64,000 nt of DNA, taken from contig JASTWF010000329.1 in NCBI GenBank assembly GCA_030390025.1, forward strand, positions 62,001 to 126,000, read 5' to 3'. The notes beneath the pieces are model-generated. The model ran no database searches and was not told the DNA's origin. It saw nothing but the letters and a program-made list of their open reading frames with translations. The position numbers and the translations under genes are program-made. This document shows positions 24,952-36,716 of this stretch, one piece after another. The DNA is from Squalus acanthias. Its lineage: Eukaryota. Each line of letters begins with the position of its first letter. Position 1 is the stretch's first letter.

Positions 24952-25587
24952 TGATTTAGGACTGATGAGAAATTTCTTCACTCAGAGGGTGGTGAATCTT
25001 TGGAATTCTCTACCCCAGAGGGCGGTGGAGTCTCAATCGTTGAGTATATTCAAGACAGAGATCGATAGATTTTTGGATATTAAGGGAATCAAGGGATATG
25101 GGGATAGTGCAGGAAAGTGGAGTTGAGGTAGAAGATCAGCCATGATCTTCTTGAATGGCGGAGCAGGCTCGAGGATCCAAATGGCCGACTCCTGCTCGTA
25201 TTTCTCATGTTCTTATGTAAACTGTTCCCATTGGCAGAAGGGTCGAGAACCAGAGGTCACAGATTTAAGGTGATTGGCAAAAGAACCAAAGGCGACATGA
25301 GGAAAAACTTTTTTACGCAGCGAGTGGTTAGGATCTGGAAAGCACTGCCTGAAAGGGTGGTGGAGGCAGACTCAATCATGGCTTTCAAAAGAGAATTGGT
25401 TAAGTATCTGAAAGAAAAACATTTGCAGGGCTCCGGGTAAAGGGTGGGGGAGTGGGACTAGCTGAACTGCTCTTGCAGAGAGCCGGCACAGGCTCAACGG
25501 GCCGAATGGCCTCATTCTGTGTTGTAACCATTCTATGATTCTATCAATCGAGCAACTCTGTCAGATCATGACCTGATGTTTGGCTTA

Positions 25588-26308
25588 AAAAACATAGAAA
25601 CATAGAAGATAGGAGCAGGAGTAGGCCATTCGGCCCCTCGAGCCTGCTCCGCCATTTAATGAGATCATGGCTGATCATCCAAATTCAGTACCCTGTCCCT
25701 GCTTTCTCCCCATATCCCTTTAGCCTTAAGAAATATATCTAACTCCTTCTTGAATATATTTAATGAATTGGCCTCAACTACCTTCTGTGGTAGAGAATTC
25801 CACAGGTTCACCACTCTGGGTGAAGAAATTCCTCCTCATCTCTGTCCTAAATGGCTTACCCCTTATCTTTAGACTGTGAGCCCTGGTTCTGGACTCCCCG
25901 ACCATCGGGAACATCCTTCCTGCATCTAGTCTGTCTAGTCCTGTTAGAATTTTATAAGTTTCAATGAGATCCCCTCTCATTCTTCTAAACTCCAGCGAGT
26001 ATAAGCCCAATCGTCCCAATCTCTCCTCATACGTCATTCCTGCCATCCCAGGTATCAGTCTGGTGAATCTTCGCTGCACTCCCTCCATGGCAAGAACATC
26101 CTTCCTCAGATAAGGCGACCAAAACTGCACACAATACTCAAGGTGTGGTCTCACCAAGGCCCTGTACAACTGCAGCAAGACATCCTTGCTCCTGTACTCA
26201 AATCCTCTCGCTATGAAGGTCAACATACCATTTGCCTTCTTAACCGCCTGCTGCACCTGCATGCTTACCTTCAGCGACTGGTGCACAAGGACACCCAGGT
26301 CTCGTTGC
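25588..26308 (-). mobile_element. CR1 3' fragment, same subfamily as 15551-17213
   Basis: ORF 25774-26286 nearly identical to 16520-17125; (ttctatgt)n tail. Confidence 0.95.
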
Positions 26309-26629
26309 AGGTCCCTTGAGCTTCCTGTCTGTAAACGCTCCAGGACTAACCCTGTAAACGGAGTGTAGAAAGGGGTAAGAGGGAGAAAGCTGTCTCATGT
26401 CCCCCTTTCCCAGCCCAGGGGCAGTGAAGCTGATTTTCAGGCCCAGCTGCTGCCCAGGGTGATTGAACTACCCACAAGCCCCCGCGCTCCAGCCGCTGCT
26501 GACACCACGCATGCGACACATGGCCCCGCCCACTCCCGCTCGGTCCGCACCGCGCATGCTCGGCACACACACACCCTGTGGGACTGTCAATCATCCACCC
26601 CTGCACCTGCGCGCTGGGTCCCTGAGTCC

Positions 26630-27765
26630 GTGGGGCTTTATTCCCCTTCTTCAGTCCTTTGTTCAGACCCTGGGGCCAGGGGAGACTGTGGGGCTTTAGT
26701 CCCCTTCTTCAGTCCCATGTTCAGGGCCTGGGGCCAGGGGAGACTGTGGGGCTTTATTCCCCTTCTCCAGTCCCATGTTCAGGGCCTGGGGCCAGGGGAG
26801 ACTGTGGGACTTTATTCCCCTTCTCCAGACCCTTGTTAAGACCCTGGGGCCAGGGGAGACTGTGGGACTTTATTCCCCTTCTCCAGACCCTTGTTAAGAA
26901 CCTGGAGCCAGTGTTTTACTGTGGGACTTTATTCCCCTTCTCCAGACCCTTGTTCAGGGCCTGGGGCCAGGGGAGACTGTGGGGCTTTATTCCCCTTTTC
27001 CAGACCCTTGTTCAGACCCTGGGGCCAGGGGAGACTGTGGGGCTTTATTCCCCTTCTCCAGACCCTGGGGCCAGGGGAGACTGTGGGGCTTTATTCCCCT
27101 TCTCCAGACCCTGGGGCCAGGGGAGACTGTGGGGCTTTATTCCCCTTCTCCAGACCCTGGGGCCAGGGGAGACTGTGGGGCTTTATTCCCCTTCTCCAGT
27201 CCCTTGTTCAGACCCTGGGGCCAGGGGAGACTGTGGGGCTTTATTCCCCTTCTCCAGACCCTTGTTCAGACCCTGGGGCCAGGGGAGACTGTGGGACTTT
27301 ATTCCCCTTCTCCAGATCCGTGTTCAGACCCTGGGGCCAGGGGAGACTGTGGGGCTTTATTCCCCTTCTCCAGTCCCTTGTTCAGACCCTGGGGCCAGAG
27401 GAGACTGTGGGACTTTATTCCCCTTCTCCAGACCCTTGTTCAGACCCTGTGGCCAGGGGAGACTGTGGGGCTTTATTCCCCTTCTCCAGACCCTTGTTCA
27501 GACCCTGGGGCCAGGGGAGACTGTGGGGCTTTATTCCCCTTCTCCAGACCCTTGTTCAGGGCGTGGAGCCAGGGGAGACTGTGGGACTTTATTCCGCTTC
27601 TCCAGACCTTTGTTCAGGCCCTGGGGCCAGGGGAGACTGTGGGGCTTTATTCCCCATCTCCAGACCCTTGTTCAGGGCCTAGAGCCAGGGGAGACTGTGG
27701 GGCTTTATTCCCCATCTCCAGACCCTTGTTCAGGGCCTAGAGCCAGGGGAGACTGTGGGGCTTTA
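26630..27765 (+). repeat. 58-bp minisatellite (~20 units, some 44-bp variants)
   Basis: Unit gggccaggggagactgtggggctttattccccttctccagacccttgttcagaccctg; period 58 (26731 to 26789). Confidence 0.95.
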
Positions 27766-27769
27766 TACT

Positions 27770-27935
27770 GTGGGTCTAGTGTAATATAAACAGAGACAGG
27801 GTCTAGTGTAATATAAACAGAGACAGGGTCAAGTGTAATACAAACAGAGACAGGGTCTAGTGTAATATAAACAGAGACAGGGTCTAGTGTAATATAAACA
27901 GAGACAGGGTCTAGTGTAATATAAACAGTGACTGG
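27770..27935 (+). repeat. 27-bp tandem repeat (~6 units)
   Basis: Unit gggtctagtgtaatataaacagagaca. Confidence 0.95.
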
Positions 27936-29094
27936 GTTCAACGTGAGACAGTTCGGGGAGTCAGGCATCATTCACCCCTAGACCTACACTGACAGGTTAA
28001 ACCCCAGACAGCTCCTTGGTAAGGATTCCTCTGGTTCCTCACCATATATGTGTCAGGATACTGAAACCCAGCTTTCTCACAGTCCACTCCTGGAGGCCCC
28101 ACTCCCTGAGCCTACAACCTTCAGCAGGGTCAGTGCTGGAGTTCCACAGCGGGAGTGATCCCAGAGTAACTGTCGGGATCGCACCCCGTGGATGTTCCGG
28201 GTCGTGTATTTTTAGTTATCCTGGTGTCTAACACGCACACATCAATAAAACAGGGAATTCCTGGAAACACGCTGCAGGTCCTTCTTTATCTGGAGATCAA
28301 ATGTCTGTTGTATAATTGTCATGTTGTATAATTGTACCAGCAGTTAACAGGCTCCTGTGAACTCCTCCCTCTGCTATTTTAATGCAGACTTTAACCAATT
28401 TAGTTTAAACGGGTTTATTTTAAATGAGCTAACACCTGCCTTAAACTGGTAGACTCAGGACTGTCTCACACACACATATTAAATCCTCGTGGAATAATTA
28501 CCAGTCATTTTTAGACTGGAAACTTAACCCTGCCGTTTCACTTTCAGTCAGGAACAGATCGCAGTTTGACACCAATCTCTGATTTGACAGCACGTTTCCA
28601 GCATTCACCGTTGTTCTTCCTGACTCTAAACACAGTTGTAAAGGAGCCTTCTGTTCCGTGCCCAGGAGCTCTGACCCATGGGAGAGAGCGGCTGGGACAC
28701 ATTCCTTACAGGCCTCAAGATTAACCTGCACGGGGACATTGCTGTCAGTGAAGAGAGACGAGAAAGACCAAAGTGCCGTTTGCCCCTCTCAGTGTGGCCC
28801 TGAAGGACTGTGTCCAGGCTGAAGTTCTGTTCCCGCCGTACGATCCTCCCCCCAGATTGTCCTTTCTGAGCTCCAGCCAGGTGATGCTAAACACTCAGGT
28901 GGGAACGACAAAAATCCACAACAATGTGTTTAAAGCAAACTGATTTATCTGACATATATCCAGAATATTAAACTCCAGCCCAGTTACAGGGGTTATTAAC
29001 ATCAGCAGAAACAAACCCCAACTGTCAGTGTGAACACGATTCAGTTCAGGATGTAATTAGCGGCAGCAATAACATCAGAATCCAACCTCTGCAG

Positions 29095-30216
29095 TCACTT
29101 GTGAACTCGCTGGTGTGTCAGCAGGTTGGATGAATGAGTGAATCCCTTCCCACACACGGAGCAGGTGAACGGCCTCTCCCCAGTGTGAACTCGCTGGTGT
29201 GTCAACAGGTTGCATAACCGAGTGAATCCCTTCCCACACTTGGAGCAGGTGAACGGCCTCTCCCCAGTGTGAACTCGCTGGTGTGTCAGCAGGTCGGATG
29301 ACCGAGTGAATCCCTTCCCACACTCAGAGCAGGTGAACGGTCTCTCCCCAGTGTGAACTCGCTGGTGTTTCAGCAGGTTGGATGACTGAGTGAATCCCTT
29401 CCCACACTCAGAGCAGGTGAACGGCCTCTCCCCAGTGTGAACTCGCTGGTGTGTCAGCAGGCTGGATGACCGAGTGAATCCCTTCCCACACTCAGAGCAG
29501 GTGAACGGCATCTCCCCGGTGTGAGTGCGCTGGTGTACAGTGAGTTCAGATGATCGCCTGAACCCAGTCCCGCAATGAGAGCACCTGAACGGTCTCTCGT
29601 CATTGTGAGCACGTTGATGGGACATCAGTTCGCTGGAACTTTTATAACACTTTCCACAGACCGGGCATTTAAAAGGCCTCTCCCCGGTGTGAACTCGCTG
29701 GTGTATCAGCAGGTCGGATGACCGAGTGAATCCTGTTCCACAGTCAGAGCAGGTGAACGGCCTCTCCCCAGTGTGAACTCGCTGGTGTGTCAGCAGGCTG
29801 GATGACCGAGTGAATCCCTTCCCACACTCAGAGCAAGTGAACGGCCTCTCCCCGGTGTGAGTGCGCTGGTGTACAGTGAAGTCAGATGATCGCCTAAACC
29901 CAGTCCCGCAGTGAGAGCACCTGAACGGTCTCTTGTCAGTGTGAACACTATGATGGAGTGTCAGTTCCCTGGAACTTTTAAAGCACTTCCCGCAGTCCTG
30001 ACATTTAAAAGGTCTCTCGTCAGTGTGAACTCGCTGGTGTGTCAGCAGGTGGAATGACTGAGTGAATCCCTTCCCACACTCGGAGCAGGTGAACGGCCTC
30101 TCCCCGGTGTGACTGCGCTTGTGTCTCGACAGGCAAGAGGATCGGCTGAAGCCTCGTCCACACACAGAACATGTGTACGGTTTCTCCCCGCTCTGAACGG
30201 TGCTTTCTGCTTCCAT
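29095..30216 (-). CDS. ZNF-B: intact 13-finger C2H2 zinc-finger protein, no effector domain visible
   Basis: ATG 30216 ([16 protein letters not shown]...), 13 canonical fingers with TGERPF-type linkers, stop after HK; acceptor ttcattttacag|g at 30309/30308. Confidence 0.9.
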   Translation of the reverse strand: MEAESTVQSGEKPYTCSVCGRGFSRSSCLSRHKRSHTGERPFTCSECGKGFTQSFHLLTHQRVHTDERPFKCQDCGKCFKSSRELTLHHSVHTDKRPFRCSHCGTGFRRSSDFTVHQRTHTGERPFTCSECGKGFTRSSSLLTHQRVHTGERPFTCSDCGTGFTRSSDLLIHQRVHTGERPFKCPVCGKCYKSSSELMSHQRAHNDERPFRCSHCGTGFRRSSELTVHQRTHTGEMPFTCSECGKGFTRSSSLLTHQRVHTGERPFTCSECGKGFTQSSNLLKHQRVHTGERPFTCSECGKGFTRSSDLLTHQRVHTGERPFTCSKCGKGFTRLCNLLTHQRVHTGERPFTCSVCGKGFTHSSNLLTHQRVHK

Positions 30217-30595
30217 GCTCAAAGGTCCTGATGAATCGAGTGACTGTCAGATCTTGAAGTGAGGTTTGGTTTGAGTTTCCCGTCTGCAAATCCTCCCCTT
30301 CGAACAGCCTGTAAAATGAATTAGAAACAGGAAAAAGGGAGGGTGAGAGAGAACCCACAAAAACACAAAGGCAGGTTGTGAAATTGAGCTGAATGAATCT
30401 GGGAATTTGTGGGGCCGGCACGCGAAAAAAGTGACCATGAAAGCTGCCGGAATGTCGTAAAAACCCAACTGGTTCACTAATGTCCTTCAGGGAAGGGAAC
30501 CCGCCACCCGGTCTGGGCCTACACAAGACTCTGGTTTCTATGGGAGGAGAGAGCGAGGTGGGAGGGGGAGGAGTGAAGGAGAGCGACTTTATACA

Positions 30596-30745
30596 TCTGC
30601 AACTCGACTAGAACTTTGACAGCACCTCCCAAACACGCAACCTCCACCACCTAGAAGGGCAGCAGGTGCATGGGAACACCATCACCTCCCAATTCCCCTC
30701 CAAGTCACACACTATCCTGACTTGGGCATATATCGCCGTTCCTAC
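30596..30745 (+). mobile_element. Short LINE (CR1/L2-like) fragment in ZNF-B intron
   Basis: cagcacctcccaaac...gggaacaccatcacc...cctgacttgggcatatatcgccgttcct resembles a LINE ORF2 C-terminus, recognised from memory. Confidence 0.55.
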
Positions 30746-30825
30746 TCGGCGTTGCTGAGGCCTGGCGGCTCTGACTCGGGGCCTGAGACCCGCACTCGGT
30801 GTTGCTGAGGGTTCCAGCCCTGCGA

Positions 30826-31590
30826 ATGTACATGGGGATTCCAACCCTGGGACTGTACATGGGGATTCCAAATCTGGGACTGTACATGGGGATTCCAACC
30901 CTGGGACTGTACATGGGGATTCCAACCCTGGGACTGTACATGGGGATTCCAACCCTGGAACTGTAAATGTGGATCCCAACCCTGGGACTGTACATGGGGA
31001 TTCCAACCCTGGGACTGTACATGGGGATTCTAACCCTGGGACTGTACATGGGGATTCTAACGCTGGGACTGTACAAGGGGATTCTAACCCTGGGACTGCA
31101 CATGGGGATTCTAACCCTGGGACTGTACATGGGGATTCTAACCCTGGGACTGTACATGGAGATTCCAGCCCTGGGACTGTACATGGGGATTCCAACCCTG
31201 GGACTGTAGATGGGGATTCCAACCCTGGGACTGTACATGGGGATTCCAACCCTGGGACTGTACATGGGGATTCTAACCAAGACTGTACATGGGGATTCTA
31301 ACCCTGGGACTGTACATGGGGATTCTAACCCTGGGACTGTACATGGGGATTCTAACCCTGGGACTGTACATGGGGATTCCAACCCTGGGGCTGTACATGG
31401 GGATTCTAACCCTGGGACTGTACATGGGGATTCCAACCCTGGGGCTGTACATGGGGATTCAAACCCTGGGACTGTACATGGGGATTCCAACCCTGGGACT
31501 GTACATGGGGATTCCAACCCTGGGACTGTTCATGGGGATTCTAACCCTGGGACTGTACATGGGAATTTCAGCCCTGGGACTGTAAATGGG
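30826..31590 (+). repeat. 27-bp minisatellite (~28 units) in ZNF-B intron
   Basis: Unit gggactgtacatggggattc(c/t)aaccct. Confidence 0.97.
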
Positions 31591-31697
31591 GGGCCCAGCT
31601 CTGGAGTTCTTCTGTTACAATGTGTAGGATGTTTTACCAGCGCCTTCAGGAGAGATGGTGAGAAATCTGAGTGTGGAGAGTCTGAATCAAATAACTG

Positions 31698-31836
31698 TGA
31701 TGCGGAGATGCCGGTGTTGGACTGGGGTGGACAAAAATGAGAAGTCGCACAACACCAGGTTATAGTCCAACAGTTTTATTTGAAATCACAAGCTTTCGGA
31801 GCCCTGCTCCTTCGTCAGGTGAAGTGAAAAAATACC
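31698..31836 (-). mobile_element. Solo PLE family A pLTR with hammerhead motif and 11-bp TSD
   Basis: tcaaataactg at 31687-31697 and 31837-31847; homologous to 40086-40220; hammerhead motif 31786-31822 on the minus strand. Confidence 0.9.
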
Positions 31837-31894
31837 TCAAATAACTGAGACTATGGTTTATTTCCCGGCCACTAGGACCCGGTGGGGAACAGAT

Positions 31895-32230
31895 ACGGAA
31901 GCCCCGCCCACTCTTTGATCCTTATCAAGATGACCGCGCATGCGTTTTGTTACTCACTGAATCAAGATGGCGGCCGTTAGCTTGGTCTGTGACCGGGAGA
32001 AGCCCCGAAGCTGCAAACGCGGGACCTTCAGGTTATTATTTGGGGCTTGCGGCCTACACTAGTTATTTATGAAGCCTCCCCGCCCACTTGCCGTCCAATA
32101 CTCCGCTCCCTCCGTCGGCTTCTCACGAATTCATCCGGACATGATCCGCACCCACCGTCTTCCGGGATGACATGCACCGCGCATGCTCCAAACCAAGGCG
32201 GTCCCGCGCCTGCGCACTGGGTTTCTGCAG
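31895..32230 (-). promoter_or_regulatory. CpG-rich promoter of ZNF-B
   Basis: GC box 31901; perfect YY1 caagatggcggc 31963-31974; NRF1-like gcgcatgcg ~31936 and gcgcctgcgca ~32206. Confidence 0.7.
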
Positions 32231-34264
32231 TCCGTGTGCGGCACATTCTCCACCGCGGGGAATGCTGGGTAAAACCCCCGCCATTGAAAGGCTGCATTCG
32301 TGAATAGAACAGAATTTACTAGGATTGCACTGAGCACTGAACCATGATCATGCCAAGCCCGCCCCAATGACACAATCGAAGCCCAGGCTGCAAGATTCTC
32401 ATCTCAGCTTGGTGCTGTGTGAACGGGTGAGCTCCGCACCCCGGCTGCTCGCGGGGAATGCCGGTGCGGAGGGCCCGGTGCAGAAGGCCCGGTGGGAAAG
32501 GCTGTGAGATTTTCAACTCGGCTTAACTCGGTGCTGTGTGAACGGGCTGCTCCACACCCCGCTGCTCGTGGGGAATGCCGGTGCGGAGGGCCCGGTGCAG
32601 AACACTCAAGGTGGAAGACTCAGAGGAGAGTGGCCTGGGCGGGAGGCCCAGCACGGAGAACCCCAGGCGGGGGGCCCAGGGCGGGGCGGCTGGTCGGCAG
32701 AGGTGGAGTCGGGAGATGCGGTTGGTGAGCATTGCTGCACTGGTTCTGAAAGTTGTAGAATGGTTTCGGGCCTGAATGAGTTCCAGTGGCCCAGCATCTG
32801 CTCTGCCTGGCGGTAGCTGTGAAGCTTTTTCTTGGTCATGGGACCGGTTTATGCGTCGCCATATTGGTGAAGGAAAGGCAAACTGTTTCCATCTGTAATG
32901 GGGCGCGTGAGCGGTTACAAGATGGAAAATGTGAATGGTTAAAAGACGGAAAATAAAAGGAAATTAAAAGACAGAGCAAAGTAATATCAGTAAGGAATGA
33001 TGAGTATTCTTTGATGGTTGGGTCCTGTGAGCGATAACAGCAAGCAGAAGAAGATTTGAGTGTTCGGTCTTTTTACGGGATTTCAGGAAGTGGATGGCTT
33101 CTTTTTCCGTGGAAGGGCTGAAGACTGTGGACAAGGACTATGACTTTACATGGTTCGACAACATCAAATGATATTCGTTAATGGATTGCCAATAGGACTG
33201 GCGTAGAACTGGTATTTAATTGTTTTGTTGGGAAGGTTTCAGGTTTTCTGTTTGAAAGCAGTTTACTTGAAGCTTAATTGATTTTCTGATAAGGATTGTG
33301 GGAATTTGCACATGATGATGTATTGGTGGTTATGTAGGAATTTACTTTGAGGTTATTGTCTAGTGTTGGTGTGTTTGAAAAGATAAAGTAAATTAATATT
33401 GGTAATTTATTGAACGAACGGACGCTCGAGTGAACGAACGGATGAACGATTCGAACGAACGCATTCATGCATATTGGAACTTACACTCGATCGAATGAAT
33501 GATCACTTGTACAGTGATAGAACGAACGATTCGAGCAAACGCAAGCAGGCGCGCACTCAGACAAATGATACTCACGCACGCATTCAGACATACATATTGG
33601 AACTTACACTCGATCAAACGAACGACCTCATGGGGTAGTGGTCGAACGAACGATTCGAGCGAACGCAAGCGTGCACATTGGAACTTACACTCGATCGAAC
33701 AAATGATCGCGTGGTGAACGATCAAATGAACGATAATCGAGCAAACGCATGCAGGCGCGCACTTAGACAAATGATATGCACGCACGCACTCAGATACATA
33801 TTGGAATTTACGCTCGATCGAACGAATGAACGCTTGAATGAACAAACGAACAATTGAATGAATGATCGAATGAACAATGCCAGTAGGACTGGCGTAAAAC
33901 GGGTTTTTTCTTGGTTTATTGGAATAAATGTTATCTGTAGCATTTAATTGGATTATGATGGTGCTATGTGTTTGTACACTGGTGTTGAAATGGTTTTTGT
34001 TTTATGTGGAGTTAACTTTGAGATTTATTATTTCAAATCTAAAAAGTTGTGTGGTATTGTTTAAGGGTATTTGTACTGTAAACATTATTGATTATTTGTA
34101 AAATTAATCATTGCATTTATATTAACTATAAGGCTGTTTTTAAGGCTTTATTTTTTACTGTGATGGATGAATGTAATGGATTTACTATGTAATGGATTTA
34201 CTATGTAATTGATGAGTTGTACTGGTATTATTGCATTTGAATAAAAATATTACCCAGACTACAG

Positions 34265-34640
34265 GAGCCCAGTGCGCATGCGCAGTGCCCGCCCGTAGCT
34301 GGAGCATGCGCAGTGTCACTATGATCAGTGCCTTGCGAGTGCAGGGAGTGGGCAGGTTTGGGAGGCGCGGTTTTTGATCCGATTACGAATCAGCGGGGCG
34401 CAGTGAGGTAACGCGCCCGGCGGGTGAGCTTAATAAACACCTGGTGCAGGCCGCAAGCCCGGAATGAGAACCTACAGGTTCCGTGTTTGCAGCTCGGTGG
34501 CTTTTTCCCAGGAAATATGCCCGGGTTAACGGTGGCCATCTTTGTAAAGGAGCTCTGTGGGTATTTGCGTCTCCATCTTGCTTCGTCGAGCGGTAGAGCG
34601 CATGCGTGGCCATCTTTGTAAAGGAGCCGCTAGGGGGCGT
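34265..34640 (+). promoter_or_regulatory. CpG-rich promoter of ZNF-A3
   Basis: Perfect NRF1 palindrome tgcgcatgcgca 34273-34284; three ccatctt YY1-like cores 34533-34618. Confidence 0.7.
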
Positions 34641-34653
34641 GGCTGCAGGGGCC

Positions 34654-35188
34654 CAGTGAGTGAACTGAACCCAGCCAGAGTCACACCTTCAGGAGAGGGA
34701 GGGGAACCAGTGAGCGTAGAACTGAACCCAGCCAGAGTCAGCACCTTCAGGAGAGGAGAGGGAGGGGAACCAGTGAGTGTCGAACTGAACCCAGCCAGAG
34801 TCAGCACCTTCAGAGGAGGAGAGAGAGGAGAACCAGTGAGTGAACTGAACCCAGCCAGAGTCAGCACCTTCAGGGGAGGAGAGGGAGGGGAACCAGTGAG
34901 ATTCGAACTGAACCCAGCCAGAGTCAGCACCTTCAGGGGAGGAGAGGGAGGGGAACCAGTGAGTGTAGAACAGGACCCAGCCAGAGTCAGCACCTTCAGG
35001 GGAGGAGAGAGAGGGGAACCAGTGAGTGTAGAACTGAACCCAGCCAGAGTCAGCACCTTCAGGGGAGGAGAGGGAGGGGAACCAGTGAGTGTAGAACTGA
35101 ACCCAGCTAGAGTCAGCACCTTCAGGGGAGGAGAGGGAGGGGAACCAGTGAGTGTAGAACTGAACCCAGCCAGAGTCAGCACCTTCAG
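34654..35188 (+). repeat. 63-bp minisatellite (~9 units) upstream of ZNF-A3 exon
   Basis: Same unit as 1394-1918. Confidence 0.95.
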
Positions 35189-35380
35189 CAAGAAGGAAAA
35201 TGTGTTGGAGATGGTGCGATGGGTTTGGATTTCAGCACAGGGAGGAGGGAGAGTGTGTGGGACGGAGATTGACAGCTTTGGGTGAACAAGAGAGGAAAGA
35301 ATGTTCCATAGAAACTAGAATTGTCTGTTCTGAATTTATATCCTCTACTCAGTGATGTCTTTTGTAAACTCCTTTTACAG

Positions 35381-36333
35381 GCTGTGAGAAGGGGAGGATT
35401 TACAGACAGGAAACTCAAACCAAACATAATTTCAAGATCTGACGGAGTCACTCCATTGATCAGGACCTGAGTATCATCAGCCTTTGAATGTGGAAGGAGA
35501 AATGTTTGTCTGTTCTGTCTGTGGGAAAAGATTTCAAACATCAGTGTGACTGGAAAAGCACCGAGACACACACACCCGAGTGAGAGTGTTCCAGTGCACT
35601 GACTGTGGAAAGAGCTTTAACCTGTTACACAGTCTGAAAAAACATCGCACCGTTCACAGCGGGGAGAAACCGTACACGAGTTCTGTGTGTGGACAAGGCT
35701 TCAACTGATCGTCCAACCCGAAGAGACACAAGGACACCCGCACCACGGAGAAACCGTGGAAATGTGGGGACTGTGGGCAGAGATTCAATTACCCGTCCCA
35801 GCTGGAAGCTCATCAACGCAGTCACACTGGGGAGAGACTGTTCACCTGCTCTGTGTGTGGGAACAGATTCGCTCGGTCATCCCACCTGCTGACACACCAG
35901 CGACTTCACACTGGGGAGAGGCCGTTCACCTGCTCTGTGTGGGAAGGGATTCACTAACTCCTCCAGCCTCACTTCACACCAACGCGTTCACACTGATAAG
36001 AGACCTTTTAAATGTTCTGAGTGTGAAAAGAGCATTAAAAGCACAAGGGATTTTCTGACACACCAGCGAGTTCACACTGGGGAGTGGCCGTTCACCTGCT
36101 CCCTGTGTGGGAACGGTTTCACTCAGTCATCCCAGCTGCTGACACACCAGCGAGTTCACACTGGGGGGAGGCCGTTCACCTGTTCCGTATGTGGGAAGGG
36201 ATTCACTCAGCCATCCCAGCTGCTGACACACCAGCGAGTTCACACTGGGGAGAGGCCGTTCACCTGCTCCGAGTGTGGGAAGGGATTCGTTCAGTCATCC
36301 ACCCTGCTGAGACACCAGCGAGTTCACAAGTGA
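35381..36333 (+). pseudogene. C2H2 zinc-finger exon ZNF-A3, disrupted
   Basis: Acceptor 35380/35381; ATG 35502; in-frame TGA 35547 and 35706; ACG 35745; 2-bp deletion in a tg run ~35938; stop 36331-36333. Confidence 0.85.
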
Positions 36334-36716
36334 CAGCAGAGGTTGGATTCTGCTATTATTGCTGCTGTTAATCACATCCCGGACTGAACCATGTTCATTC
36401 TGACAGTTGGAGTTTGTTTCTGCTGATGTTAATAACCCCTCTAACTGGGCTGGAGTTTAATATTTTGATATGTCAAAATAGATTAACTTTGTTTCTAACA
36501 CACCGTGGGTCGAATCCTTGATTTCTCCAAGATGAGAGGAGACTAATTGATGTCCTGTTACTGACTGCTCCATTTTTGGGCCTTTTCTCTTTTCTAAATC
36601 AAGATTATTTCAGTTCTCACACCTTTGGTTACTCTCGTGCACAAGCCCCAGCTCCCCAAACCTTCCAGAGTGCCTCTCCAAGCCTTGGTATCAAGCGAAG
36701 GTATCGGTAACATGTC

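Larger units (their letters stand above)
23680..25545 (+). mobile_element. Patchwork of CR1 fragments interrupted by two SINEs
   Basis: ORF 24086-24484 (YINDLD, FADDTK); CR1 3' ends at ~24952-25215 and ~25216-25545. Confidence 0.85.

Noticed and set aside
26659..27971. Long ORFs up to 376 aa
   Set aside because: Open in all three frames across the 58-bp minisatellite; no domain.
30608..31740. ESPCTVPGL / GTVHGDSNP repeat proteins
   Set aside because: Artefacts of the 27-bp intronic minisatellite.
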